Origin: Chrysomallon squamiferum
Lineage: Eukaryota > Animalia > Mollusca
Assembly: GCA_012295275.1 (NCBI GenBank)
Contig: CM022677.1
Span: forward strand, 5,704,001-5,768,000
Direction: 5' to 3'
Length of the DNA stretch: 64,000 nt
A program made the position numbers and the translations under genes. Below, piece after piece: positions 1 through 12,731 of the stretch; within the stretch, counting starts at the first letter, position 1, and each line of letters begins with the position of its first letter. Below the pieces are notes generated by a model. The model was not told where the DNA came from. It searched no databases and saw nothing but the letters and a program-made list of their open reading frames with translations.

Positions 1-785
1 TTGTACTACTACTACTGCTATTACTATAACAACAACAACAACCTCTGCAGATGCTTGTGTTTCTGCCAGGCTAGTACAGATTCTTTGATGACATTTCTCT
101 CCTGTGGTGAGCTCACAGAATTACCTCTTCTTGTGTTCTGAGCAGTTTCTGAAAAACAAGTTTTTATTTATTTACCTTTGTAGGTAAACAAAATATTTCT
201 CTTACTCAATTCTTAAAATCATCAAATTATAGTGAAAACTAAGAGATGGCAAAGGAAATTTTTGAACTTTCAAATAAAAACACAATAAAGTGAACTGCAT
301 TCTGGGAGTTGAAAACAAAACAAGAAATGGTTTTCATTACTCTTAGAACAAATAAACTAAAAAGAAATGAAACAATGCAAATGGAAATAAGGAAACATGG
401 AAGTAAACTAAGTTATCCTGCTATTTGTATACCACAATTAATTTACTTGTTACTGTAGACTATCCTTGCACTAGTCTGTTTTTCTTACTCTGTATTGAGA
501 ATACTTCACCAATACCAAAACTGAGAAGAATGTCAGTAGATTGTTAAACAGAAAAGTTAATGTGTGTGTTTTTCATACCAGTTTGATGTTTAGGTAACAA
601 CACTTGTCTGTTTTGTGGTATGTTCCTGAAAAAGCAAAATAAAAAAAACAAAAAATTAATTTTAGATTGCCTTTATTAATAACATTATTTACTATTATAT
701 ATATATATCAATGCCATTTGCAGATACAAATGAATATGTGTTGATAAAAATATATTTAAGCTATTTTATTTCAAATGTGCATGCA
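1..785 (-). repeat. Inverted duplicate of 13546-14328 carrying two small CAMSAP-pseudogene exons (125-148, 579-625); probably continues left of the window
   Basis: The reverse complement of 1-785 matches 13546-14328 with only scattered differences, e.g. gaacataccacaaaacagacaagtgttgttacctaaacatcaaactg in both. Homology stops abruptly at tgtgcatgca (785). Confidence 0.97.
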
Positions 786-1330
786 CATATTTCTACTGCT
801 CGTACTTTACGTTATCAATTCATTTTTTTTTTTTTTTCTTTCTTAATTGCATCCTAACTGGCCTGGTCCGCGTTGATCCAAATCTTTAAATCTGTGTTAG
901 AGGAAATATGAATCATCCCAAAATTATTTTATGCTACAATTCTGGTTTTTTGAAAGTCCTGTAAATCATAGTCTTTTACAGATTCCTATATATTTATCTA
1001 CTACAACTGAAGTTTAAAAAAAATCTTCGACTAGCCGGATATAATGTTTTTGTGCGTAAGAGTTATTTCCCCTTGCCACTTATTTACATTGATTTCGTCC
1101 CTGGACCAAGAGCATCCGACCCAAAGAAAGTGTTTGTGAAATAATATTATCCACCTTAAACAAGTAACAATATCTGTGATTATTTTAAAGAATTCATTGA
1201 TAGAAAAAGTATTTCTATACTTTATTTCAAATCGTTTCTAAAAATTAAAAAGAAAAAAGTAATTTGTTAGTGAACAAAACTGGACATGATTATAAAACTT
1301 AAAATTACATTCAAAGACCCTAACTTCTGA
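786..1330. mobile_element. Probable non-autonomous repeat fragment at the duplication breakpoint
   Basis: CpG content rises right at the breakpoint. Contains agagttatttcccctt, a motif I associate with molluscan Helitron/Helentron-type repeats. Boundaries are uncertain. Confidence 0.3.
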
Positions 1331-1954
1331 AAAAAAAAATTATAGTAATCAGTCACATAGATTTTTTTTTTTTATGTTACCCATTACAGTTTAAACTGAT
1401 CTGCCTGTCTAAGTTACTTGATAAATGAAAGCTATGGATGTACTAGGAAAGCTTACTCATTGAACAACTGTATCATTCAGAACCACGTAGGTAGCAATAT
1501 TTTTACTTTTCTTTTTTACTTAACCATGATGTTATTTCTTGTGACAAACCACTATTATTTTAGTAATACGACTATTAATTAGATTATGTTTCTGGTAATC
1601 TGTCAAAATCTAGTCTTCACTTTTGTAATATAATGATTATTTCGTATAATAAAGCCTAACGGGTAATTCTAGAGCAACTTAGGCAACCTGTAACTATTGT
1701 TTTATCAAAACATGTACAAGTTTTAATCCTGTATTACAAGGTCTACTGAAAGAGCAGTTAAGATAGCCAGTGTATGAAGAGAGATACAATCCCAGTCTTG
1801 ATTAAATTCGTCTGTCAGTGTTTAACTGGAGTGTGTGTGATTTAATATTAATTTAATGAAATTACATACTGAGTAATGAAATTAATTTTGATTTAACATG
1901 TCATTGACTGGTTCAGGTACATATAATATTGTTCTCGGGGATTTATTTGTTTGC

Positions 1955-2065
<111 letters not shown>

Positions 2066-5000
2066 TGATGGAAGGTTCTTCTTAAGAAGATAAAACCCTA
2101 AAATTATGAATGAAAGGATTAGTACAGAGAGTAGTATTGTAAATATAAATTTTTCATCTGTTAACAGCTGTAAAATCTAAGAATAAATGAATAAACGAAT
2201 CTAGGATCAAAGGAAATAACTGTTGTATAGCTTATTATGAACTGCAAAAGAGTTAGCTGTTGTGAAAATATATATTCAGTAAATTAGTTGGGCTATTATA
2301 ATTAGTTGGCTGATATAAAAATGGCCATTGTATATATTCCCCTGTCTATGCATCAATCATCCTTTGCTGCTAACTGGAAAGAGTAGAACAAGAAGTGATG
2401 ACATTTATTCTCATTTTTACATCTTTTTTGCACAAGTTGTTACGTGCATATATTGTACACCTCTGTTCTTTTGAATGTAACTTCAACCCGTATAACTAAA
2501 TCACAGACAGCTGGCTTAAGCCTCATCATTTGCAGCTGAATAATCTGAACTAAAGGTCAGAGACTAAGTCTGCGTGGATGCTCCTACCTGTGAGAAGCTA
2601 CATCTAACAGAACATTTTCTGTTGAGAGAAAACATTTTCTAGTGAAAAATATTTGTTACAAACACCTACTATTTCACACTGAATAGAAATTTAATTGGAA
2701 GTCTGTGGTGATGTCATGAAACAAACTAGTTCTGTATATCTCAATATTGCAAATAATCATTAAAAATAGCAAGAAATACTTCGACTTTTAAAATCGAATT
2801 TACAAACTGTATTTTCTTATAATGGTTTTAAAAGATATTTGAACTTTATTAGAAATATATATTTTTTTTTTCTGCTACAAAATAAACTTGTATGTGAAAA
2901 CAATAATTTTTTTTAATATTGTCTTTATACTACCAAAATTCTCAAAACTTCAGAGAACAATATATATATTGTTGTTGTTGTTCTTTAACATAAGACAACT
3001 ATTTTTGTCTAGCAGATCTATATCCAACACTCATGTCTTAATCTGTATTTAATACTTTATAAATGTCACTGACTTTGCTAACAGCTTCTTTCCATTAAAA
3101 TCTGTATTCAGTATCAACTGCATATACTTCAGTTTGGTATACAGAATGTTACATTAGTTTTCAAAGAGTCACACTTATTTTATTTAAATGTTCTCTAATT
3201 TTTCCTTTCTTTTTTTGTTTTCACTTTTGTTGATAATATTAAACTCTTCACTCTGAGTAGTGGCTGACTGTCACTTGAGATCCAGCAACGTACCACTGCC
3301 TTGACAGTAACAGTTTAGTTCATGAACCAACATTTTTCCAATTTTGAGCACAGGTTTGAGAATACAGAGAAACGTGTTGTGTATAATATTACACTGAGCT
3401 GTGTACGTTGTCTTTGAATCATTTCACTGCTACTGACCTGTACGTCTGTAGCAGAACAGACAACAGCTGCCAGCGCAAGATCTGAAACAGGGAAATAAGC
3501 TTGTCATCGAATACTATCAATAAACATTACTCCTGCTGTAATTGGATAAGAAAAAAAAAGAAAAGAATAAAAGATCCAGAACATAATAGAAATACTGTGC
3601 TATCAGATTTGGCTCTGAAAATTACATGTACTCAGGTCCTATGTCTAAATTTCACTTTTAATCTCCACATTATCTTTAATGTGTCAATATGCACAGCAAT
3701 CAAAATTTAGTTCTACAATTTGATTTTCTAAATTTTGGTTTCAAACGTGTCAAAAAGGGCCAAAGTTTTGTTTCTAAAATCAAATAATAATAATAATAAT
3801 AAGAAGAATATAAAAACACCTTTACATTAAAGCAATATTAACATAAAAATTAACATTAAAATAAAAAAATCCCCACAAAACAAACACAATAGCAACAACA
3901 GCATGATGTTGACGATGATGATGATGATAATAATAAGAAGAAAAAGACATACTGAAATGGATATTTGCTTGTATCAAAGTTAATAATATAAAAACTTGGA
4001 ATTAAACTAAGACACTAATGAAAATATATCATATCAAGTTAAGATAAGAAGCAGCAAACTGAATCAATTATGTTAAATCTTGGTTTCCCTTGACAACAAA
4101 TATAAAATGTCAGACTGAAAATGAGCATTAATAAATCGAAAAAAACGGTTTTTATGTTGTTTTGATAAAACATGGTAACTGCACATATAACAACACAAAC
4201 TAACCCATGTCATCTTATACATATATATAATATTATAATTTTTTTTTAAATTTAAGAAAATTAATATTTATTTAATTGTTTTTGCTATTGCTATTCTGAT
4301 TTCAGAAAACAAAAATGATAACCAGAGCAATAAACCACAGAACACCTGGAATGTTAACAACTAATAAATTATAATAAAATAAATAAATGTTTCTCTGTTT
4401 TTAAAACAGTAGAGTAAAATATTCATCATGTTTTGTTATTATTTTTCATTAATATATAAAATATAATTGTATAAAGCTTTAGCCAACTATAAGCTTGAAC
4501 TGAGGAATTACATGGATACATTTTACTCATAACATGTTTTGGAAATCAGACATCAGATTTATCATCTTCAAATTTAACATTAAATACAGATTCAGCAATT
4601 TTCTTGTTTGATTTTTCTTCTTCTCTTTTTTCTACAAATTATTTTTTGTGATACTATAAAAAGTCTTATTTTATTATTTTATATTAATATTTCTATCACT
4701 ATTTTTTACTCAGTCTTCACAACACAAACTAATTTTTAAGACATGAAGTTATTATTATTTTTGTATAAATGTAAGTAGTTTATTATACTTACTCAGTGTA
4801 CCCCTCCAATGTGACTAGGGTCCCCCACTTCTGGTCACAATCGGTACATCTTGGTTTCATTCCATCTCCAATACAAATATTTCTTATCTGTTTAGCTTTT
4901 GATGTCCAGGTTTAGTAGTGAAAATTATATCAGCTACAATCTGAAAAATTAACAAAATACAAAAATTATAATACTAGCCCTATACACACAAACATACAGT

Positions 5001-5654
5001 TATATATACCCACCCAAACACCAACACACATCTACCTATACACACACAGATACTTAAACAATTCATTATCAAGATAGTTGTTATCTAAGCCAGTGATGAA
5101 ATACCAATATATTATAGCATGAGTCAGTGTTTATGTGTGTGTGTGAGTGTGTGTGTGTGTGTAAAATGTATGGACATGGGTGTTTTTATATATATGTGGT
5201 GTGCAACTGTGTATATATACATGTTAACGAATATGATTAAGCTGAATATTATTGATTCATAAGGTTACTAGCATTATTTAATTATTAAGATATTCTAACA
5301 ATTTTACATTTTCTTATATAATGACAACCACAAATAAATGTTAATTATTAAATTCACACCAAACAAATGTTGGAGTCTTTAGAATTTACATACTTAATTG
5401 AAAAAGAAAAAAAATTAGAAGGACATGAAACTTTATCAGCAATGAATCAATAAAAACAAATCAAGTTTACCTTTGGTAAACCTAAAAATAGTTGATGTGA
5501 TGTTTTAATGACAGGTAATGACTTACAAGATTTATATTTTGTGTTTTTCATTTCTACAGCATTGATGAGTCACATACATCACATTGGTGACCTCTCATAT
5601 TGTGATAGCCACACTTTGAACATTCTGAAATAATCACACTAAAACAAGTAAATA

Positions 5655-5945
5655 AAATTAACTGAAATAACAATAACATATATAATAAGTAATAATAAAA
5701 TTAACTGAAACAATAATAAAATATGTAATTAGTAATAATAAAATTAGCTGTAGTAAGAATAACATACGTAATAAGTAATAATAAAATTATGTGTAATAAG
5801 AATAACATACATTAAAAGTAATAATAAAATTAACTGTAATAAGAATAACGTACATAACAAATAATAATAAATTTAACTGTAATAAAAATAGCATATATAA
5901 TAAGTAATAATAAAATTAACTGAAATAACAATAACATATATAAAT
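5655..5945. repeat. AT-rich minisatellite, about 39-bp unit, about 7 copies
   Basis: Repeats of taataataaaattaactg(t/a)aataagaataacata(c/t)ataataag in a MARS1 intron. Confidence 0.85.
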
Positions 5946-6236
5946 AATTTTTGAAAAAACCATAAGACTAATTAATTGAATAACAAAATAATAATATATT
6001 ATTTATAATAAAACAAACAAAACTTAGAATACAAATAGTGTAGTTCAAAAGCGAAAATAATAAAACAGAAATTTGCAAAGGCAGATAACTCTAATACATA
6101 AAATACAATGTGTTACGTGGAGGAAACATAAGAACTGACTACACAACCAGTGATGTTGCCATGGTGAGGAACACTGCTGATATATGGTGAAGCACTGGTG
6201 ACCAATATATTCCTTTTGCCATGTTGTGGATAAACT

Positions 6237-6327
6237 AAAATAAATAAATAAATAAATAAGGAAACAGGTAAGTAACTACAGAAAATAAATAAATAAATAA
6301 ATAAAGAAACAGGTAAGTAACTAAAAA

Positions 6328-6358
<31 letters not shown>

Positions 6359-6386
6359 AAGGAAACAGGTAAGTAACTACAGAAAA

Positions 6387-6425
<39 letters not shown>

Positions 6426-6497
6426 ACAGGTAAGTAACTACAGAAAATAAATAAATAAATAAATAAGGAAACAGGTAAGTAACTATAGAAAATAAAT
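6237..6497. repeat. Minisatellite of (aaat)n + ggaaacaggtaagtaactacag, 5 copies
   Basis: Five acaggtaagtaacta cores separated by variable (aaat)n runs, abutting the acceptor of the MARS1 HIGH exon. Confidence 0.93.
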
Positions 6498-8779
6498 ACA
6501 CAAATAAAAGGTAGTCATGTACATATACATATTGAAATGTATGGCTTGACACATGTGCAAACACACAGACACACGCACACACACACACACACACACTCTC
6601 TCTCCCTCTCTCTTTATTTATTTACTAAAGATATTGCAACATATTTAATAAATATTTAATTTGATTTTGTAAAGTTAATTTATTAATTACTTATTTATCA
6701 GTATTATTAAAGTATTTACAGTAAGGTGATACCATTTGTTTAGTAACATTTATGTGACAACTGATTACATATTAAAATATTTAATCTTAAATTTTCTCAC
6801 TCTTGGTTTTACATAAATCTCAGATCTCTTCTCGCAGTCTGTGACTGCTTCTGTCAGTTCTACACAGTAATAATGTTCTGAAATCATAAAAGTTATTTAT
6901 AATTATAATTTTACCTGAGTTGATCCAACATTTTCCATGACTTATCTTGCATACCAACATTCTTAAACAATCCTCTCAAAACACACACACACACACACAC
7001 AATAAGAATTATAAAAATCTAATAAACATAATATAGACAAACTTACAATAGTTGTATAGTCTGTTGTTTTCCATAATGTTTAGGTACAAAACTCTTCCCA
7101 GTGTGAGTTGATTTCAGTTTCCTGGTCTCAAAAGTAACAGATGTTAAACCAGGATGAAATAACAGAGTTCTGTCATAGAAGCTGTAAATAAATTAGAAAA
7201 AAAAAGGAATATTTAATAATATCTATGTACTTTTTTAATGTTACTGGTTATCATTATTTATATATGTAGAATGATTACAATTAAAGAAAACTGTTAATAT
7301 CATGTTAACATTTTTAAATATTAATATCTGTTAAGTATAAAACTAAATTTATGAACAGAAATTGTACAAAGAGAAATTCCTCTGTGAGAGTTCTTTACTG
7401 GCAGATAAAGGATGTTTTACATGCAGCTTCAAAAGACAGGAATGCACATCAACTACAATAATGATTATTCCAATAATACAAATAATAAGGGTGATGATGA
7501 TGATGATGATGATGATGATAATAATAAGAGTAATGATAATGATAGAAAAAGAAGAAGAAGATTGACAAGAATAATAAGCTAAATAATAAAATTGTGAGTC
7601 TTTTATCTGCTGTAAGTTTTCAACACTGATGTGAACCCTACAACAATTTAGTTTATAATAATACATACTGTGAAAATAACAACAACAACAACAAACTGAA
7701 TGAAAATTTATCTCACTCTTTAACACTCATCTGAGACCTGGTCCACAACAAGTATACATGAACATTATTGGTTCTTCACAACTTTTTAAAAACTTACCTT
7801 TAACGAGTTCAGCCCTTCATTAACAGTGACAAATTTAACTGCTTTTGCTACAGGTGTTTGTGTAAGAACAGAACATCCCCAAGTCATCACTGCAGGACAC
7901 AGTTTCATATCCTCTGAAGAGAAAAATAAATTTAAAATCAATTAAATATTTAAATACATAGTGTGTCATAAGATATTTTAATCATTATACAAGCTTAATG
8001 GGACAAACTAATCAAAATAAAGCACTTCAGATGATGTCAGTAACTGAATAAGAGAAAATATTAATATACACTTACAAAAAATAATTAAACAAAATAATAA
8101 GAAGAACTGTAGATGATATCAGTAATTAATTAAAAGCAAAACAATTAATATCAATGATAATTAAAAGAAAGAAAAAAGAAAAGAAAAAAGAAAAGAAAAA
8201 ATAACTACATAAATAAATAAAAAAATAAAATCAAAACAGATCCATATGAGTCTGTTAATTAATGTTGATAATACAACATTCAATTCTTTTGAGTTTGTGT
8301 GTGTATATCTATCTGTATATTACTTCAAAGGTGGAAGTACTGATTTCGTTTGAGACAATGATATAAAAGATTATTATGCTTACATGTTATCTCAAAACAC
8401 ATAACAATACTACCAATAGGAGCGATTTTTAAAATAAAATTCAATATTAACAATATCTGAAAATATATGTAAATTAAGAGGTCATAATGAAGAATTTAAA
8501 ATATTAGTGCATGATTGTGGTTTCAGAAATCCAAATTAATAAATAATTTGAGAAAGAAAAATGGACGGGGGGATGTATGTATATTTACATAATTATGTGT
8601 ATGTGAGTTAATTAACCCTGCCGGTTTGATGATCAACAACGTATGCGATAAACAAAACAGAACAATATCTCATTAATATCTGCACTGACATTTCACGCTG
8701 AAAGAAATATAAATCAGATTAAATAAAGAAATAACTAAATAGAGACATTTTTAAATATATGTATGTATACACATAAATA

Positions 8780-8955
8780 ATGGCTGCATATACTGACATA
8801 CATTACAAGTCTCCTGTATTTCATGACAACTGTATCATGTATGAAGCATGATGTATACAGTCCTAATGACCTCAGCACAATATCATAACTCCGCCCCCAA
8901 AAGGGAGGTAACTCTATCAGCACTCGGTTTGACAAGCTTAAAACAATGGCGGCCG
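8780..8955. promoter_or_regulatory. Putative bidirectional CpG-containing promoter
   Basis: GC box GGGGCGGAGT on the minus strand (8888-8897) and YY1-like aaacaATGGCGGC at about 8941-8953. CpGs cluster at 8.6-9.4 kb while both flanks are visibly CpG-poor, and exon series run away in both directions. Confidence 0.65.
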
Positions 8956-9219
8956 AATCACTTACACTACACAATTCGTCTGTGAATTTCTGGATTATTT
9001 AAGAGATACTACTATATCTTCGAAAAGCTGTCAGCTGGATTTGAGGTACTTCAGTGAAGATTACATTTGTAACATGTTTTGGAATAATGATCGCACCATT
9101 TTTACGTCAATTAAATCGGACCGGTCGTCGAAGAAAAGCGAAAAACCTCATGGGATTCACGTGTATATGATTATGAGCCCGACGGTGATATCTTGTGTTG
9201 TTTGTTCTTGACAGCCAGG
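8946..9219 (+). pseudogene. Frameshifted coding first exon of a gene other than CAMSAP (weak resemblance to the FAM169 N-terminus)
   Basis: ATG at 8946 (MAAESLTL), a shift into a long open frame QFVCEFLDYLRDTTISSKSCQLDLRYFSEDYICNMFWNND...HGIHVY, a second shift into DYEPDGDILCCLFLTAR, then a strong donor agg|gtaagt. DLRYFSEDYICNM resembles ELENSAEDYMSDL of FAM169A from memory; the identity is tentative. Confidence 0.45.
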
Positions 9220-9390
9220 GTAAGTAAAAACATAATTATTTATTTTATTTACATTGGGGTGTTTTCAAAATCGCAACCAGACATTTGAAAGTACGTGGCT
9301 GCCGAGCTTTTACAACTAAAATGTTTAAGTTTGATGATAAAAGTTGGGTGAAACTACAAGTCTGAATTATTCATTGATTACGTCTGGAAT

Positions 9391-9422
<32 letters not shown>

Positions 9423-10274
9423 TGCTAGAAAGGCAGAAATGATTTACTGTATTACCTATAAATACTCAATTTTTTAAATCACGTAATATAATGATGAAAA
9501 TTTCTTTTCAGTTTCCCTTCCTTTTTTTATTTACTAATCTTCAATCTAGTAACTGTCAGTTTTGATTTATTTACATTTTGTTTTGTTTCTTCTTATTACT
9601 GCTACTACTTTTTAGTATGAATTTGTTTTATTTATTATTATTATTATTATTTTCTTTTTTTTTTCTTTTTAAATCTTTATTATTTATTTTGCATGTTTTT
9701 CAGGCCATATTTCATCATTGGCAGAGTTTTTCAGAAACTATATGGAGAAAATGTTCCAAATGAATTTAAAGAACCATTTTATGAAAAATCAGATGTGAGT
9801 GAAATATTTTATTATTTTCTTTAATCTTTCAAGATTTATGTTCTAATTATTAAAGTTATTATATGCATTGTTGCTTTGTTTTAATTATCTCTAGTGTCTT
9901 AGTTTTTATAAACCTTAGAATTATTTCATCAAAAATAGAAACATTAAATTATCTGAAAATTATCTATGAAGAGATTTGTGTTTGCTCTCATGACACTTTT
10001 TTCTATAGTACAGTTCAGCAGTCCATTAATGGAATAAAATTAAAAATATATTGCATGACTCTTTAAAAACAAATTACCTTATTCCTTCATAGCATCTGTT
10101 TAATACAAAAGCAAAAATACAATGCTATATATATGTTCTGTAAAACATTAATTCCTTCATCTTCTCATTAATAGATTTAAATGTATATAGTAAATTATTA
10201 TTACTGTTATTGTTGTGTTGTTATTGCTATTTTTGCTATTATTATTATTATTATTACAATTACTACTGTTATTT

Positions 10275-10327
<53 letters not shown>

Positions 10328-10710
10328 GTTGTTGTACTACTACTGTTGTTGTTGTTGTTATATTTATTATTGTTGGTAATTTTTATCATCATCATGATTA
10401 AAATGTGTTTAAAAAAGTATCATTATTTAATATTATTGTGTAATTTTCAGGTGAAACCTCATCTAAGCAACAGTCTGGTGTCAAGTGATGTGTAGCCTGT
10501 GTTAGAATGTTTTCTGAAACCTCTCAACAGTGACAGGGTATGTTTGAATATGTGTGTGTGTGTGAATCACTAGATTGTATACTGAAATTTCAAAAATTTC
10601 TGTGTTTGAAATGTTTGTCCTCTTTGTTCACCTTGTTATTAAAACAGGAGTTAGTCAGTGATAACTTGACCTAATGTTAGGACTAAAGTTTACTTAGTTG
10701 TTTTAATTTT

Positions 10711-10713
<3 letters not shown>

Positions 10714-10799
<86 letters not shown>

Positions 10800-10836
10800 G
10801 TGTGTGTGTGTGTGTCTGTCTGTCTGTGTGTGTGTG
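10714..10836. repeat. (GA)n + (GT)n compound microsatellite
   Basis: Directly visible. Confidence 0.98.
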
Positions 10837-12413
10837 TGGGAGATTGGATGTATATGTATGTGAGAGAGTTTAGTGTGTGTGGGTGATTTCATACACAAAT
10901 AAAAATAACTGAAAAATTGAAAATCATAATAAGCAAAGAAAAATCCATTTGTCTGACAAATGTAGATTGAAAAAAAAATCATCATGTTTTTGTTAAAACT
11001 GCTAAACTTTATATTTACTATTGAAGTTAAATATTTTACGTATCTCACTGCAGTATTGTTCAGGTGCTGTCTAGAAAGTGAATTTACATCTCGGAGAAGG
11101 ATGAATCAGCTGTTACAGAAACCATTCTGAGTTGTGAGTTTATTTTATTTTATTTTTCTGTTGTCAAGAGAAAAATAAGTTTTGTAATAGTTCTTAATTA
11201 ATTATAAAATAGTGTAATAATATTCAGTTATTTGCTGTTGTTTTGTTGCATTACTCGGTAACATACTTTATTAATCACAAAGCATGTCAGAAGTATTAAT
11301 TATTTATTTATAACTGTTTGTTTATTATTAATTTTTACTTGTTTAGGTATGCATGTACAGCTCTAACTCATGTGCTGATGTTGGCGTATGCCAGTGAAGT
11401 TGTTTCAGTAGAATGTGCTGTTCAAGCTGTCAGGTATGTTGTTGTTTTTATTTCTTTATTTTATATTATCATGTTAAATACTAAAATCTGAATCATTTTT
11501 TAAATTAAAATGAGTTTGTTTGGGTATGTTAAAGTTTCTTTATTTTATCTTTGAGGTATATTTAAAGACATTCATCCTTCTACTTTGATCACTAAGAAGG
11601 AGAAGTATTATGATGACTGCAGTTAAATATGTAAATGTAGGAATGTATGAGGAGAGAGGATGAAGGATGGAAAGACAGAGAACAGAGGCAGATGCAGAAT
11701 GAAATCTGGGCTGCATATTTTGTATAATTTATCATATAATGCAATGACACCTCAGACTTTTCATTCAGCATTTTGAACAAGACATTTTTAAACTTTCAGA
11801 CAAATTACAACTTTTAACACAACCATTGAACTTCCATCAGACACTGAGGTCACAGTTATTTTCTGGTTAAATAAAGTTTGTACTGCTGCCATTGCAAAAG
11901 AGAACAAATCTGAGCAGGTGAATTTGAGTTTGTTTTCTTTTATATTTCTCATTATTCTAAAACTAATGAAGTTTAATTTAATTTAATATATGAAGTTGCA
12001 GTTTGTAAATAATATATCAGTAAGTACACATATACACACACACACACACACACATAGACATATACACACACCCACAGACACATGCACACACACACACATG
12101 CGTATACTTACATTGATATAAATGCAGTTATTTTGTTGTAAATGTTTATTTCTGTATTTTAAAACAAAGGAATGAGTATTTTAAAGTGTTTAACTTTCCT
12201 GTTACATAGCAGACAATGTACTGTAGTTTCTATTGTCTGCAGACTCAGTTTTCATGGTTAGTTTAATAAACACAAATTTTGTAAATAAAATAATGAATCA
12301 GTTGGTAAATTTAGCATATATTAAATTATGAATGTTTATATACAGTTTTGAGAGATGTGTTGTTATTGTTTTTTTAATTTTATAATCAACAAAATTTATA
12401 GAAAATGTTTCAT

Positions 12414-12454
<41 letters not shown>

Positions 12455-12469
12455 TAACAAGCAGCCGAG

Positions 12470-12731
12470 AGGTTGCCATGACAACTCATACAATGCATTA
12501 CTCAACTGCAGTGTGTTTTTCTTGAACAATACAGGAAATTTACTTTATCTAATAAAGAAAACAAAAGTAATATACATTTATAAAATATATTTATTATGAT
12601 AATTGAATTACAATACACTCTGTAATAATAATTGTTATTTTAAAATATTAGCAGTTTAATGGACTTTTACTCTCAAGGGTTACTCATTTAGGTATCATCC
12701 CATTTGTTACACATCCATTTGTCACAGACTT
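12470..12731 (-). repeat. Dispersed repeat, inverted relative to copies at about 31319-31590 and 61160-61625
   Basis: The reverse complement aagtctgtgacaaatggatgtgtaacaaatgggatgatacc...gagtaaccc matches 31319 onward, and homology continues to acacactgca..taatgcattgta. Confidence 0.85.

Larger units (their letters stand above)
3332..7913 (-). pseudogene. MARS1: Cytoplasmic methionyl-tRNA synthetase, unprocessed pseudogene with exons lost
   Basis: AG/GT-bounded minus-strand exons: 7798-7913 (CPAVMTWGCSVLTQTPVAKAVKFVTVNEGLNSLK, GST-C-like), 7047-7181, 6769-6877 (ELTEAVTDCEK..KPRVRK), 6117-6234 (PQHGKRNILVTSASPYISSVPHHGNITGCV, cf. [25 protein letters not shown] HIGH region), 5527-5624 (CSKCGYHNMRGHQCDVC/LINAVEMK, Zn knuckle, frameshifted), about 4790-4940 (WTSKAKQI..GDGMKPRCTDCDQKWGTLVTLEGY), 3332-3481 (LLSVLLQTY..FLCILKPVLKIGK). 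Contains frameshifts and stops, and several catalytic-domain exons are missing. Confidence 0.93.

Noticed and set aside
2440-2590. Further MARS1 exon (linker/WHEP region)
   Set aside because: Splice-like ends exist on the minus strand but no recognisable translation was found.
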